Shown one piece after another: positions 6,657 to 17,903 of a DNA stretch of 64,000 bases (position 1 is its first letter; each line of letters opens with the position of its first letter). The DNA lies in the IMG/VR virus record IMGVR_UViG_3300020198_000002, positions 1 to 64,000 of that record. One strand, written 5' to 3'. Made by a program: the position numbers and the translations under genes. The notes beneath the pieces were generated by a model, which worked only from the letters and a program-made list of their open reading frames with translations, did no database searches and had not been told where the DNA came from. The stretch comes from a virus.

Positions 6657-7067
6657 ATGAAACTGCGAACGGCTCAAATTTCAAGGGGATTTAAAGACAT
6701 AAGTCTTGCATTCCGTAAACATCCAGTTACTAATGATTTAATTATTTTGCAAAATGAAGATGCCATTAAAGTATCTGTTATAAATTTAGTTAGAACACGA
6801 ATTGGCGAAAGATTCTATAATGATTTAATAGGCACTCAAATTGAAGAATCTTTGTTTGAACAACAGTGTCCAGAACTTGCTTACACAATACAATCTAGAA
6901 TTGAAAATTTATTGGAAAACTTCGAACCAAGAATCAGACTATCAGAAGCAGCCGTCGTGTTTCCAATTGATTCAAATGAAATGAATGTCTCTATTCGTTA
7001 TGCAATTGTTGGACAACAATATCCAGTTCAACAGGTAGATTTCATCTTACAACCAACTAGAATATAA
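6657..7067 (+). CDS. gp25: baseplate wedge subunit gp25
   Basis: FKDISLAF..HP.TNDL....NEDAIK.S..NL..T..GERF, FEPRI; synteny with gp6. Confidence 0.92.
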   Translation: MKLRTAQISRGFKDISLAFRKHPVTNDLIILQNEDAIKVSVINLVRTRIGERFYNDLIGTQIEESLFEQQCPELAYTIQSRIENLLENFEPRIRLSEAAVVFPIDSNEMNVSIRYAIVGQQYPVQQVDFILQPTRI

Positions 7068-8935
7068 TGGCATTCAATCAATTTACAAATTTAGACTTTG
7101 ATAGTATTAAAACTCAGATAAAAGATTATTTGAGAACTAGTACTACGTTCACTGATTTTGATTTTGAGGGTTCTAACTTTACAACCCTCATTGATATTCT
7201 TGCTTATAATTCTTATATTACTGCCTATAATACAAATATGGCAGTAAACGAATGTTTTTTGGACAGTGCAACATTAAGAGAGAACGTAGTATCTCTTGCT
7301 AGAAACATTGGTTATATTCCAAGATCGAAAAGATCTTCAAAGGCAGTAGTTACTTTCGTTGTAGATTTGGATGGAAATGATACTAGAACAGTTACCCTGA
7401 AAGCTGGACCTGTTGCTCTAGGTAATGTTCAACAAGGCAATTATATTTTTTCTATACCAGAAGATTTTGTTACAACTAAGAATGAAGATCTCAAAGCCAC
7501 GTTTAGTGGTATAACCGTATATGAGGGAATATACTTAACTAAAACATTCACTGTTGACAATTCTCTTCCAAATCAAAGATATATTATTCCAAATCCAAAT
7601 GTTGATTCAACTTCTATTCGCATCAAAGTAAAGACTACAACAGAAGAAATTTATGAAAATTATACAAATGTTTTGAGTGTGGATTCAACATCCAAAGTTT
7701 TTCTATTGCAAGAAATTGAAGACGAGAAATATGAAATCATATTTGGAGATAATATTTTAGGAAAGAAACCTGCAGCTGGAAGTACAATCACAGTAAGTTA
7801 TATTGTAACTAATGGTCAAAATGGCAATGGAGCGTCAAACTTTACTTTTAATGGTATTTTGAAAGATGATAAGGGGTTGACAATAACAAGTGGCATTTCT
7901 TTTCTTACTACAGTTGAAAAATCCCAAGATGGCGATGATATTGAATCTGTAGATTCAATTAAGTATCTTGCTCCTCGTGTATATTCCGCTCAGTTTAGAG
8001 CAGTGACTGCAAATGACTATAAAGCAATTATTCCTTCAATATATCCAAACGTACAATCCGTAACCTCATATGGTGGAGAAGAATTAGACCCACCCGAATA
8101 TGGTAAAGTCTTCATATCCATTAAACCTAGAAATGGTAAATTTATTTCGCAAATTACCAAAGATAATATCTTACGACAACTAAAACAATATTCTATTGCA
8201 GGAATTAAACCAGTACTTGTTGACTTGAGTTATCTTTTTGTTGAGATTGATTCCACTCTATATTACAACACAAATGCCGTTGCAGATGCAGAATTGCTGA
8301 GAACAAAAACGTTCAAGACGTTGACTACCTATGCTGAATCTCCAGATGTCAATAGTTTTGGTGGTAGATTCAAATACAGTAAAGTAGTGGGTCTCATTGA
8401 TGATACTAATAAGGGTATTACATCAAATATTACTAAAATCAAAATTAGAAGGGATCTAGTTCCAGCTTTTGGTAATTTTGCCACATATGAATTATGTTTT
8501 GGAAATAAGTTTCATCAAAAAAGATCTGGGTTTAGTATTAAATCAAGTGGATTCAGTATTAAGGATGTTGACGGTACTGTTTATATTGGAGATCAACCAC
8601 AAGATTCAAAAACTGGTAAATTGATATTTTTTAAATTAGTAAACAATACTCCGATTATCGTCAAAACTAATGCTGGCACCGTAGATTATATAAGTGGTGA
8701 GATTATTCTTTCCCTAGTAAATATAACTAGTACTACATTGGAAAGTGGAGTTGTTCAAGTTGAAGCAATTCCAGATTCAAACGATATTGTTGCATTACGA
8801 GATTTGTATTTACAAGTTGATATTGCAAATAGCAAAGTTGTTACTATTCAGGATATTATCACTTCTGGAGAAAATACTTCTGCAACTCAGTATATCTCAA
8901 CTTCAAGCTATTTAAACGGATCATACACAAGATAA
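7067..8935 (+). CDS. gp6: baseplate wedge subunit gp6
   Basis: LDFDSIK...FTDFDFEGS....LIDILAYN, FLDSATLRENVVSLARNIGY, RAVTANDY; TAATG coupling to gp25. Confidence 0.95.
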   Translation: MAFNQFTNLDFDSIKTQIKDYLRTSTTFTDFDFEGSNFTTLIDILAYNSYITAYNTNMAVNECFLDSATLRENVVSLARNIGYIPRSKRSSKAVVTFVVDLDGNDTRTVTLKAGPVALGNVQQGNYIFSIPEDFVTTKNEDLKATFSGITVYEGIYLTKTFTVDNSLPNQRYIIPNPNVDSTSIRIKVKTTTEEIYENYTNVLSVDSTSKVFLLQEIEDEKYEIIFGDNILGKKPAAGSTITVSYIVTNGQNGNGASNFTFNGILKDDKGLTITSGISFLTTVEKSQDGDDIESVDSIKYLAPRVYSAQFRAVTANDYKAIIPSIYPNVQSVTSYGGEELDPPEYGKVFISIKPRNGKFISQITKDNILRQLKQYSIAGIKPVLVDLSYLFVEIDSTLYYNTNAVADAELLRTKTFKTLTTYAESPDVNSFGGRFKYSKVVGLIDDTNKGITSNITKIKIRRDLVPAFGNFATYELCFGNKFHQKRSGFSIKSSGFSIKDVDGTVYIGDQPQDSKTGKLIFFKLVNNTPIIVKTNAGTVDYISGEIILSLVNITSTTLESGVVQVEAIPDSNDIVALRDLYLQVDIANSKVVTIQDIITSGENTSATQYISTSSYLNGSYTR

Positions 8936-8939
8936 TAAT

Positions 8940-11900
8940 ATGTCATCAGAAATTAAAAGAGTAAAAGTTGGAAAATTAGTTGAATCTCAAATTCCTTCAT
9001 ATTTGAATGAAGAGTCCAATCTTTTTAGAGAATTTTTAGAGTTATATTATTATTCTCAAGAACATCAGTCTGGAGTTCTTGATCTTGCTAATAATATTCC
9101 AAACTATATTAAAGGTACTTTCTTTAACAGAGAAACTCTAATTCCATATGCTGTTTTATTGAGGGACATTACATTTGCAGATAATAGAATTATTGTTAAT
9201 TCTACGACTGGTTGGCCAGATGAGTATGGTTTGTTAAAGATTGATGATGAAATTATCACATATACTAGAAGAACACAAACAACCTTTGAAGATTGTTTTA
9301 GGGGGTTTAGTGGAATTGATCAAATATCAAAAGATGCTGATGTTGAATTTTTAAATTTTTCAGCCACTGATGCAGAGAAACATGACCAGGGATCAATAGT
9401 TTATAATTTAAGTAATTTATTTTTACAAGAAATATTTACAAAGTTCAAGAGCCAATTTTTGCCTGGATTTGAAAATAGAAAGTTCACTGAGGGCGTAAAT
9501 CTCGCAAGTATTCTTAGTAGGGCTAAGGATTTTTATACTGCAAAGGGCACGGATACATCTTATAAACTATTATTTAAAATTCTATTTAATGAAGATATTG
9601 ATATTATTAAACCACAAGAATATACTTTGGTGCCTTCGGATAATGAGTATTTTGTAACTAAAAATGTTTTGGTAGAAAAAATATTTGGAGCTGGCGACCC
9701 TATTTTTTCAAAGGGAAATTTTCTATTCCAAAATATTTCTGGAATAGGAACAGTAAGTGCATCAATTTATAATGTTGAGTATAGGCCCATAAATGGTAAA
9801 GATTTTTATGAAATTTCCTTAGACTCATCCTCCTTTGATGGAAAGTTTAGAGCCCCAGGTAAGACTAAAATTATTGAGAATACTCCAATAAATTCTGCCA
9901 CAATTCTTGTAGACTCTACGATTGGATTTCAAAAAAGTGGCAATCTATTAATTAAACCAACACCAACATCTGAATATATTAAACTCACATATAGAGATAA
10001 AACTATAAACCAATTTCTTGGTGTTACTGGTATTAATACAACATTTCTATTTGGTGCTGATGTTTCGGAAGACAATTTGGCGTATGCATATGTCGGTTTG
10101 GGTCAAACTTCAAAAGTTGATCTAAGATTAGTTAATGTTATTGATGAGGTATCTACAACTGAAACCTCCAATATGAGAGTTGGTGATACTTTAATGTTGT
10201 CTTCGTTTGGATTTGATTTGATTGATGATCCAAAATTCAGTACATGGGTATATAATGTTCCAACAAAGCATAGAATACTTTCAGTAGTTCAACAAAACCA
10301 AAATACTTTTAGAATTCAGTTATACGATTCTGTTATTTTTAGTATTGGTGAGGAACTTTTTGTTCTTAATAATCGAAATCAAAAGATTCGTGGGACAATA
10401 CGATCTGTAGAATTTCCTCCAGGTGATACTCTGAAATTGAAATCAGACACGATCATTGTTCAACTTGTTGGTTCTTTGCCAAGCAATCCATATCAGATTG
10501 AAAAAATTATCGTAAAGGCGACACATAACTCAAATTATTTTCCTGGTCTTTCTGATATTGCAGTTGGAGTTCAAAATTCATATTTGGATTTTGATGAAAA
10601 GAATATGTATGTTGCTTCTAGTGGTATAGCCAATTATCCAATTTTTGCAACTGATAATAAAATATTCATAATTACTGGATCAAATTCGGATGGGATCGTA
10701 AGTATAATTAATTCTATTGATCCGTTAAATAGAACTCCTTTCAGGCACAATCTTGTAACGGGTGATAAACTATATTGGAATAACAGCACTAATAGTGGAT
10801 TGTCAACTGGAATCTATTTTGTTACAAGTATAAATGAATTTGATTTCAGATTATCATTTAGCAATTCCGATGTTTTTAGTAACAAATATATTTCCGTAAG
10901 ATCTAATTTACCTGGACAGTATGTATTCAAGTCTGGTTGGGAAAATAAAAACGCAGTTCATCAAAAACTTCTAGCCAAATTTCCATATCAAAAAGAAGTT
11001 TTTTATTTTGATGACGAATCTAAAAGATCAACAGCTAATAGACCCATTGGACTTTCTGCAAATGGAGTCGAACTCTATCCATCGACAGTTTTTGAAGAAA
11101 AAATATTCTTTGGTAAATTAGATTCGATACTTGTTACAAATCCAGGTAGGAACTTTGATGTCATTAATGGGCCACCATTAGTAATTCAGGATGATTTGGG
11201 ATTTGGGGCCAAGGCATATGCAAACATAGTGGGATCATTCAAAGAAATCAAATTAGTAACTCCAGGTATTGGTTATCAAGAAAAACCAAAAATTACCGTA
11301 TCTGGTGGTAATGGTAAAGGTGCTGTTCTTGAATCTAATCTAGTTAGAGGTAGAATTGTAGTACCATTTAAAGCTGATGGCACATCAGTTAATGTCTCTT
11401 CAGATACTATTGATTTTCCAATCAAACATAATTTTGAACTTGGTGAAGAAATTATTTACGATTCTGGCGGGAATCCACCTATTGCTGGTATTGTTGATGA
11501 TTCTAGTTATTTTGCAAGACCTGTAGATCCATTTACAATCTCATTGCATACTACACCTAAAGATGCTAGATCTGGTATTAATACTGTTAATATCGGATCG
11601 GTAAGTACTGGATTTCATAACTTTAAAACACTGAATAGTAAAAATACTATTACTAAAATTTATGTTAAAGATCCTGGATCTGGGTATTCAAATAAAAAAA
11701 TAGTTGTTCCATCTAGACCCACGAACAGAGATATTCAAAGTGGTATAAACACTTCTGATAATTATTTCTTTGCTCAAAATCATAAGTTTGAAAGTGGAGA
11801 AATAGTCATATATGAATGTACTGGTACGGTTGCAAATGGACTGTCAACAACTACCGAATATTTTGTTCATAAAATAAACGAAGATAAGTTTAGATTATCT

Positions 11901-14900
11901 GATGCTGGTCTTGGTACAACTAGAACTTCTGAAAATTATTCTAAGAAAAAATACGTAAGAATTTCTGGTGTTGGTACTGGCAATCATACAATAAGATATC
12001 CATCTATTCGCATCAATGTAGAAACTCTTGCTGGTATTTCTTCTGCTGGAATAGTTAGACCAGAAATAGAACCCGTTGTTTTGGGATCTGTAGAAAGTGT
12101 TTATGTTGAAGACTTTGGTGTTGGTTATGGATGTACAAATATTGTGAATTTCCACAGAAGACCAAACGTTGGAATTTCTACTGTAACCATCAAAGCTCTT
12201 TTAAAGCCAATTATTATTAATGGTACAATTGTTGATATTCAAATTTTAGCTCGTGGTTCGGGGTACAGGAAAGATTCTGAAATAGTCATTTTTGATAATA
12301 CTGAAAGAGGAAACTTCGCGCAGATACTTCCGATCATCAAAAATGGAAAACTGCAATCCGTTCGTATTATTGATGGGGGATTGAATTATAGTTCCGATAC
12401 TACCTATGTTGAACTTAGGAATAGAGGAACAGATGCAAAATTCTTGGCAAATGTTAATTCTTGGACTATTAATCAAAATGTTAAGAGCCAATCAATTATT
12501 AACTCTGAAGATACTCTTCTAACTAAACCTAATGATAATGGACTTCAGTTTATTGCATTAACTCTATCCAATAAACTTAGATATCAACTTAGCGATAATA
12601 TTGACTCTGCAAATATTGAATTGGTCAATAATCCTTCCCATTCTCCAATTCTTGGTTGGGCTTATGATGGTAATCCAATATATGGTCCATATGGATTTTC
12701 TGCAGCAACAGGGGGACCAATAAGAAGAATTTTAAGTAGTTATGAATTAGATATTTCCCCGAAGATTGGATTAAGGCCACCTGGTTTTGCTCCTGGGTAT
12801 TTTACAAATGATTATTACTTTAATTCTTCTGGAGATCTTGATGCATCCAATGGCAGGTATTGCATCACTCCAGAATTTCCAAATGGAACTTATGCTTATT
12901 TCTATACGATAGATATTGATTCTAGTGGAGTCTCAAATCCAAAATATCCATATCTTGTTGGAAATTATTTTAAAGATAGACCACTAACAGAAAATTTTGA
13001 CTCTACTTTTACACAAGACTTAAATCTTTCGGATTTCAATTTAATTAGAAATGTTGGCCCATATTATCTAAACAATAGAAATAGTAGTTACGATGTTATT
13101 GATAAAGTTACGAAAGAGTCAAAACAAGAGTTTACAGTTACTAAAATCAAAACCTCTGGCATAAGTTCTGTAACAATATTCTCGCAAGGTAGTGGATATC
13201 GAGTCGGCGAATTATTAAATTTGGATAATGAGGGAACTGATGGAACGGGAACCAATATTGTAGTTTCACATGTAGCTGGTAAATCTATTGATATTATTAA
13301 CGTTGGCGTTAGTACAGTAACTAATATTCAGATTCAAATTGTAAACAACCGAATCATTGGAATATCAACAGATCCGCATAATTTTGTTAATGGGGAGACC
13401 ATAATTGTTAGTGGAGTTTCTACATCCAAATTATCTTCTATTGAGGGATCCTACCGCGTTAGTGTAATTTCTAGATCCGTTGGATTATCACAATATTTGC
13501 CATCAGCGAGTGTAACTGGGATATCTACTTTCATTAACGTTTCTGATACTAGAGGATTTTTTGTAAATGACGTAATAGGAATTGGTACAGAAGTATTGAG
13601 AGTAACCAGTATAGATGAACAGTTCTCTAGGCTTGGAGTTAACAGACAAGTCGGAGTTTCATTGACCCATCCTACTGGCACTAATAATGTAATTCTTCTT
13701 CCAACTAGATTTGAATATACGGTAGAAAATGCAGTCAAGTATCCAACGTATGAAAATAAAGTTGTATATTTTAATCCAAAGTTTACCATTGGTCTAGGAA
13801 CCACTGGAACAAATTATAGAATTTCTGCAACTGGAATTGGTAGCACCTCTACAGAAACAATAATTAATAGATTTGTACGGGAACAATCAATCTATATTAA
13901 AAATCATCCATACTATACTGGGCAACAATTAAAGTATAATGCTGGGATAGGTGGGTCTACTATAGTATACTCTTCTACTGGTTATGGATCTACGAGTGGA
14001 ATTGGAACGCAAAGATTACTACCAAATTCTACGGTTTACGCAATCAATCTAGGTGTTGATTATCTTGGTATATCTACTGTTGGATTCCCTACAGTAGGAA
14101 ACGCTGTATATTTCTTTCCAGTAGGTGCTGAAGTTGGAACTGCTCACTCATTTACTACCACATTTGATAGTGTTTCTATAGTTGCTGAAAAATATAAAGC
14201 TTCTATTAAAACAACAGCAAAACATAATTTAGTAGATGGGGATTTGGTATCACTAACGAGTCTTCCACAACAGGTAGAAACTGTTAAATTGAGATATGAT
14301 CCGATTCTTTTGAAAATAACTTCGGAAACAGTATCTTTTTCCAGTACTACATTTTCAAACGATCTTACGAGTTTTAAAATTGATACTCAAAAATTTAACA
14401 ATGGGGACAAAGTTGTTTATTATTCCTCTACGGGCAACATTGGTGGATTGGTTAATAATGAAGTGTATTATGTATTGAAGGAAGATCCAGATAGAATTAA
14501 ATTGTGCAGAAATTTTTCTGATGTAGCCGAGTCTAAAGCAATTGTAATGTCATCGGTTTCTCTTGGTAGTTATTCTTTAGCAAAAATTAATCCGCCTGTA
14601 TTGGTTAACCGAGGAAATAGACTGGAGTTTGATATTTCGGATCAAAGTCTATCTAGTATGAGATTGGATTTTTATGAGGATATTAATTTTAGAAATAGAT
14701 TAGATATAACTGGAACTTCGGAATTTGGATTCTCAATTTTTAGAGATGGTATACCTGGAACTGTAGGGGCAAAAGTTATAATTTCAACAGTAAATCAATT
14801 TCCTAAAAAATCTTTTTATAATTTAACCCCAATTACACCAACAGATGAAAGAAAAAATCAAATAACAAGTGACGATAGTGTTCCAGGTAGAAATTCAATA

Positions 14901-17873
14901 ACAGTTAAAGATAGTATACTTAGTGGTGAACATGCAATTATTGTATCTGATGGTAATAATTTTTCTTTCAATCTATTATCTAAACCGGCTTTTTATGAAA
15001 ACTTTATAACAAAGGCTGGTTTAGCAACGGTATATTACGAAACCACTTCTCCTTTTGCTGTGGGTCCTGTATCAAGAACAAAAATAAATTTCAAAGGCAA
15101 AGGATACTCACGACTTCCAAAAGTACTTGGATTTGATACTATTAGTGGAAAAGACGCGGTAATTAAAATTAATAGCAATAAGATTGGTCAAGTAGAAACA
15201 TTTGAACGTATTAAAGATGGATTTGATTATCCAACTGATCCAACATTACTACCATTTTTGAGTGTACCGACTGTTTGCGATATAAGTGGAATTTCTAGAA
15301 TTGATAGGGTAGATATAACTGATGGTGGCATAAACTATCAACAACCACCGACTCTAATAGTTCCCAGAAATAGAAATATAAAATTAAGAGCCGTAGTTAA
15401 TGGTGGATCTGTTACTAATGTATTGGTTTTACAAAACGAGAATACATTTACTGAACCTTTACAAGTACTTTCAACCAGAAATTCAAACGGATATGATATT
15501 GATACTATCACACATACTGGTAATTTAGTGACCCTAGAATTGTTATTGGATCCGCAGTTCAATAGACCAATCACTGTTGGTTATGGTTCGTCCGTTATTG
15601 ATTTTCCATTCGAAATCGGTGACAGAGTTTATGTTGAGGGGTGTAGACTGACACCAAGCTCAAGGAATGCAGGAGAATTAAATTTCAATTCTGAAGACTA
15701 TTCATATAGATTTTTCGATGTCGTCGGCGTAAATACTACCAATTTTACCGTCACTTATAACATGGCAGGTATTGCTACTGGTACATTGGGACAATATGAC
15801 GATGATTTTACTTTAGGTTATGTTGTAAATGAAAAACATCTTGCAAAGTTTGATATGAAAATTATTGATGATTCTAGTTACATTTCTGGAGAAAGGGTAA
15901 CATCTAGAAAATTCACCGCAAGAGTTTCCGAAAATGGGTATGATAGTAATTTAAATCAATTACGCTTATTTGATAGTATTGGTGAACTCAGGGTAGGTGA
16001 TATTCTAGTTGGAGAACAATCTAAACTTCGTGGTAAGGTAGAAGCGGTTAATAGATTTAATGTTAAAACCAAGTTGGGAATTACAAGAGATAAGGTTGGT
16101 CAAGTAGATAAATCTCGTGGAATACTCAATGAATACCTACAGAGAATTTCTGATAATTTCTACTATCAGAAATTCTCTTATTCGATTAACAGTAAGATTC
16201 CATATGATAAGTGGAGAGAATCAGTAAGATCTATCATTCACCCATCTGGATTTAGAGAGTTTTCTGATTTAAAAATATTTGGAGATCCAAAACGAGATGC
16301 AATTGTAAACAACTACGTGAATGTTGGATTAGCAAAATCGATCAACATGAAAGTTAGGGCACTAACTCAAAATGTTAAGTTAATTATAAACATTGATAAC
16401 GAAATTTCCTTTACTTCTAGATCAAACTTTGCAATGGTTACAGAAGATGATCCTCTTGAGGATGGGGGCGTACAGAGAATATTTTTCCCAGAAAGTAGAC
16501 CACTTAGGGGATATATCTTAAATAAGACGAATAAAGTTTTAAATCTTGATGATATTAGTAATGGATTTAGCGGAAGATTAGACAGAGCTGGGAATTTAAT
16601 TGGAAATACTAATTTTAAATTAACAACAAAATCTGGAGTTCCCGTATTCAAAGCAACATTTAATTCTGCGTCTTCATCTATTGTTGATCTGACTAATAAT
16701 ATTATTAGTATTCCAAATCATAACTTCCAAAGTGGCCAAGAATTAATTTATAGTACTCAAGGTGGGTCTGTATTGGGAATAGCAACAACTTCACATACTT
16801 CAGGATCCAGAACTATCGTTATGTCGGTAACTGGTGCTGGTGGAAGCGCTCTGTTTGAAAATGGATATAATTCTTCTGTAGTAGGTCCAATAATTGGAGT
16901 TTCTACAACTGCAAACCCAATTGTTGGTGCAAAATTATTTGGATTTGGTACTGGGATTCCTGGAATTTCCACCTTCGGTACTGGCGCCAAATTCGAGGTT
17001 CTCATAACATACAGTCAAAGTACGGGAGTTCCACTTTCTACTAGTATATTACTTCGTCAAGGTGGATATGGTTACAAAGTTGGAGAAACTGTAAGTATTG
17101 CTGGAACCTTTATCGGCGGGACCAATCCAACTAATAATCTGTCCTTCGTTGTTACTAAAGTTGCTAGTACTAGAGTTGGAATTCAAACAGTTTATTCAAA
17201 CTTGCCCGCAACTACGAATGGATCTGGCACTGGAGCAACATTTGATGTCGAACGCGATGTGAATTATGATATTTCTAGAGTTTCTGTTGTTACGGGCGGA
17301 ACAGGATATGCAAATACCGAAACAATCTCTATTGCTGGAACTTATATTGGGGGATCAACTCCGATAGACAATTTATATCTAACTCCAACGGAATTGGGTA
17401 GAAATACTATCCCCTCCTCCGTATATGTTCAGAAAATTGATGATGTTAAGTTTAGATTAGCTGGATTATCTACATCTCTAGCATTCAATATTACTGGATT
17501 GGGTACTGGAACTCACTTACTTACATATCCAGAACCAAACGAAAATGCTTTGATTCTGGTAGATGGAATAATTCAAAGTCCTGTAAAAAATAAAAAATTA
17601 TCAGTAACGGTTACCGCTCCAATTTCTCCTACTGATCAACAAATTTCGGTTGGAGCTGGAATCAATTCCATATCTACAGGAGATTTGATAAAAATTGATA
17701 ATGAGTATGTAAGAGTTAATTTCATTGGTAAGGGATCCTTTGTTGTAAGTAGAACAGCAGAACCACTTAGTGAAGTAGATACCAATTTCTATTATGATAC
17801 TAATCGTATGAATTCTAATGTTACTACTGTAGATACTACTATAGTAACTGCAGATGATCGCCCGCCTTATTAA
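8940..17873 (+). CDS. gp7: baseplate wedge initiator gp7-like giant protein, N-terminal part (2977 aa)
   Basis: KDFYTAKGTDTSYKLLFKILF, DNFYYQKFSYSI.S...Y..W......IHPSGF motifs; YHYH-like segment HSPILGWAYDGNPIYGPYG...DLDASNGRYCITPEFPNGTYAYF; position after gp6. Confidence 0.85.
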   Translation: MSSEIKRVKVGKLVESQIPSYLNEESNLFREFLELYYYSQEHQSGVLDLANNIPNYIKGTFFNRETLIPYAVLLRDITFADNRIIVNSTTGWPDEYGLLKIDDEIITYTRRTQTTFEDCFRGFSGIDQISKDADVEFLNFSATDAEKHDQGSIVYNLSNLFLQEIFTKFKSQFLPGFENRKFTEGVNLASILSRAKDFYTAKGTDTSYKLLFKILFNEDIDIIKPQEYTLVPSDNEYFVTKNVLVEKIFGAGDPIFSKGNFLFQNISGIGTVSASIYNVEYRPINGKDFYEISLDSSSFDGKFRAPGKTKIIENTPINSATILVDSTIGFQKSGNLLIKPTPTSEYIKLTYRDKTINQFLGVTGINTTFLFGADVSEDNLAYAYVGLGQTSKVDLRLVNVIDEVSTTETSNMRVGDTLMLSSFGFDLIDDPKFSTWVYNVPTKHRILSVVQQNQNTFRIQLYDSVIFSIGEELFVLNNRNQKIRGTIRSVEFPPGDTLKLKSDTIIVQLVGSLPSNPYQIEKIIVKATHNSNYFPGLSDIAVGVQNSYLDFDEKNMYVASSGIANYPIFATDNKIFIITGSNSDGIVSIINSIDPLNRTPFRHNLVTGDKLYWNNSTNSGLSTGIYFVTSINEFDFRLSFSNSDVFSNKYISVRSNLPGQYVFKSGWENKNAVHQKLLAKFPYQKEVFYFDDESKRSTANRPIGLSANGVELYPSTVFEEKIFFGKLDSILVTNPGRNFDVINGPPLVIQDDLGFGAKAYANIVGSFKEIKLVTPGIGYQEKPKITVSGGNGKGAVLESNLVRGRIVVPFKADGTSVNVSSDTIDFPIKHNFELGEEIIYDSGGNPPIAGIVDDSSYFARPVDPFTISLHTTPKDARSGINTVNIGSVSTGFHNFKTLNSKNTITKIYVKDPGSGYSNKKIVVPSRPTNRDIQSGINTSDNYFFAQNHKFESGEIVIYECTGTVANGLSTTTEYFVHKINEDKFRLSDAGLGTTRTSENYSKKKYVRISGVGTGNHTIRYPSIRINVETLAGISSAGIVRPEIEPVVLGSVESVYVEDFGVGYGCTNIVNFHRRPNVGISTVTIKALLKPIIINGTIVDIQILARGSGYRKDSEIVIFDNTERGNFAQILPIIKNGKLQSVRIIDGGLNYSSDTTYVELRNRGTDAKFLANVNSWTINQNVKSQSIINSEDTLLTKPNDNGLQFIALTLSNKLRYQLSDNIDSANIELVNNPSHSPILGWAYDGNPIYGPYGFSAATGGPIRRILSSYELDISPKIGLRPPGFAPGYFTNDYYFNSSGDLDASNGRYCITPEFPNGTYAYFYTIDIDSSGVSNPKYPYLVGNYFKDRPLTENFDSTFTQDLNLSDFNLIRNVGPYYLNNRNSSYDVIDKVTKESKQEFTVTKIKTSGISSVTIFSQGSGYRVGELLNLDNEGTDGTGTNIVVSHVAGKSIDIINVGVSTVTNIQIQIVNNRIIGISTDPHNFVNGETIIVSGVSTSKLSSIEGSYRVSVISRSVGLSQYLPSASVTGISTFINVSDTRGFFVNDVIGIGTEVLRVTSIDEQFSRLGVNRQVGVSLTHPTGTNNVILLPTRFEYTVENAVKYPTYENKVVYFNPKFTIGLGTTGTNYRISATGIGSTSTETIINRFVREQSIYIKNHPYYTGQQLKYNAGIGGSTIVYSSTGYGSTSGIGTQRLLPNSTVYAINLGVDYLGISTVGFPTVGNAVYFFPVGAEVGTAHSFTTTFDSVSIVAEKYKASIKTTAKHNLVDGDLVSLTSLPQQVETVKLRYDPILLKITSETVSFSSTTFSNDLTSFKIDTQKFNNGDKVVYYSSTGNIGGLVNNEVYYVLKEDPDRIKLCRNFSDVAESKAIVMSSVSLGSYSLAKINPPVLVNRGNRLEFDISDQSLSSMRLDFYEDINFRNRLDITGTSEFGFSIFRDGIPGTVGAKVIISTVNQFPKKSFYNLTPITPTDERKNQITSDDSVPGRNSITVKDSILSGEHAIIVSDGNNFSFNLLSKPAFYENFITKAGLATVYYETTSPFAVGPVSRTKINFKGKGYSRLPKVLGFDTISGKDAVIKINSNKIGQVETFERIKDGFDYPTDPTLLPFLSVPTVCDISGISRIDRVDITDGGINYQQPPTLIVPRNRNIKLRAVVNGGSVTNVLVLQNENTFTEPLQVLSTRNSNGYDIDTITHTGNLVTLELLLDPQFNRPITVGYGSSVIDFPFEIGDRVYVEGCRLTPSSRNAGELNFNSEDYSYRFFDVVGVNTTNFTVTYNMAGIATGTLGQYDDDFTLGYVVNEKHLAKFDMKIIDDSSYISGERVTSRKFTARVSENGYDSNLNQLRLFDSIGELRVGDILVGEQSKLRGKVEAVNRFNVKTKLGITRDKVGQVDKSRGILNEYLQRISDNFYYQKFSYSINSKIPYDKWRESVRSIIHPSGFREFSDLKIFGDPKRDAIVNNYVNVGLAKSINMKVRALTQNVKLIINIDNEISFTSRSNFAMVTEDDPLEDGGVQRIFFPESRPLRGYILNKTNKVLNLDDISNGFSGRLDRAGNLIGNTNFKLTTKSGVPVFKATFNSASSSIVDLTNNIISIPNHNFQSGQELIYSTQGGSVLGIATTSHTSGSRTIVMSVTGAGGSALFENGYNSSVVGPIIGVSTTANPIVGAKLFGFGTGIPGISTFGTGAKFEVLITYSQSTGVPLSTSILLRQGGYGYKVGETVSIAGTFIGGTNPTNNLSFVVTKVASTRVGIQTVYSNLPATTNGSGTGATFDVERDVNYDISRVSVVTGGTGYANTETISIAGTYIGGSTPIDNLYLTPTELGRNTIPSSVYVQKIDDVKFRLAGLSTSLAFNITGLGTGTHLLTYPEPNENALILVDGIIQSPVKNKKLSVTVTAPISPTDQQISVGAGINSISTGDLIKIDNEYVRVNFIGKGSFVVSRTAEPLSEVDTNFYYDTNRMNSNVTTVDTTIVTADDRPPY

Positions 17874-17874
17874 C

Positions 17875-17882
17875 TATAAATA
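17875..17882 (+). promoter_or_regulatory. T4-type late promoter
   Basis: Exact TATAAATA upstream of ATG 17904. Confidence 0.8.
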
Positions 17883-17903
17883 ACAGAAAAGTGTACTGAA
17901 ATA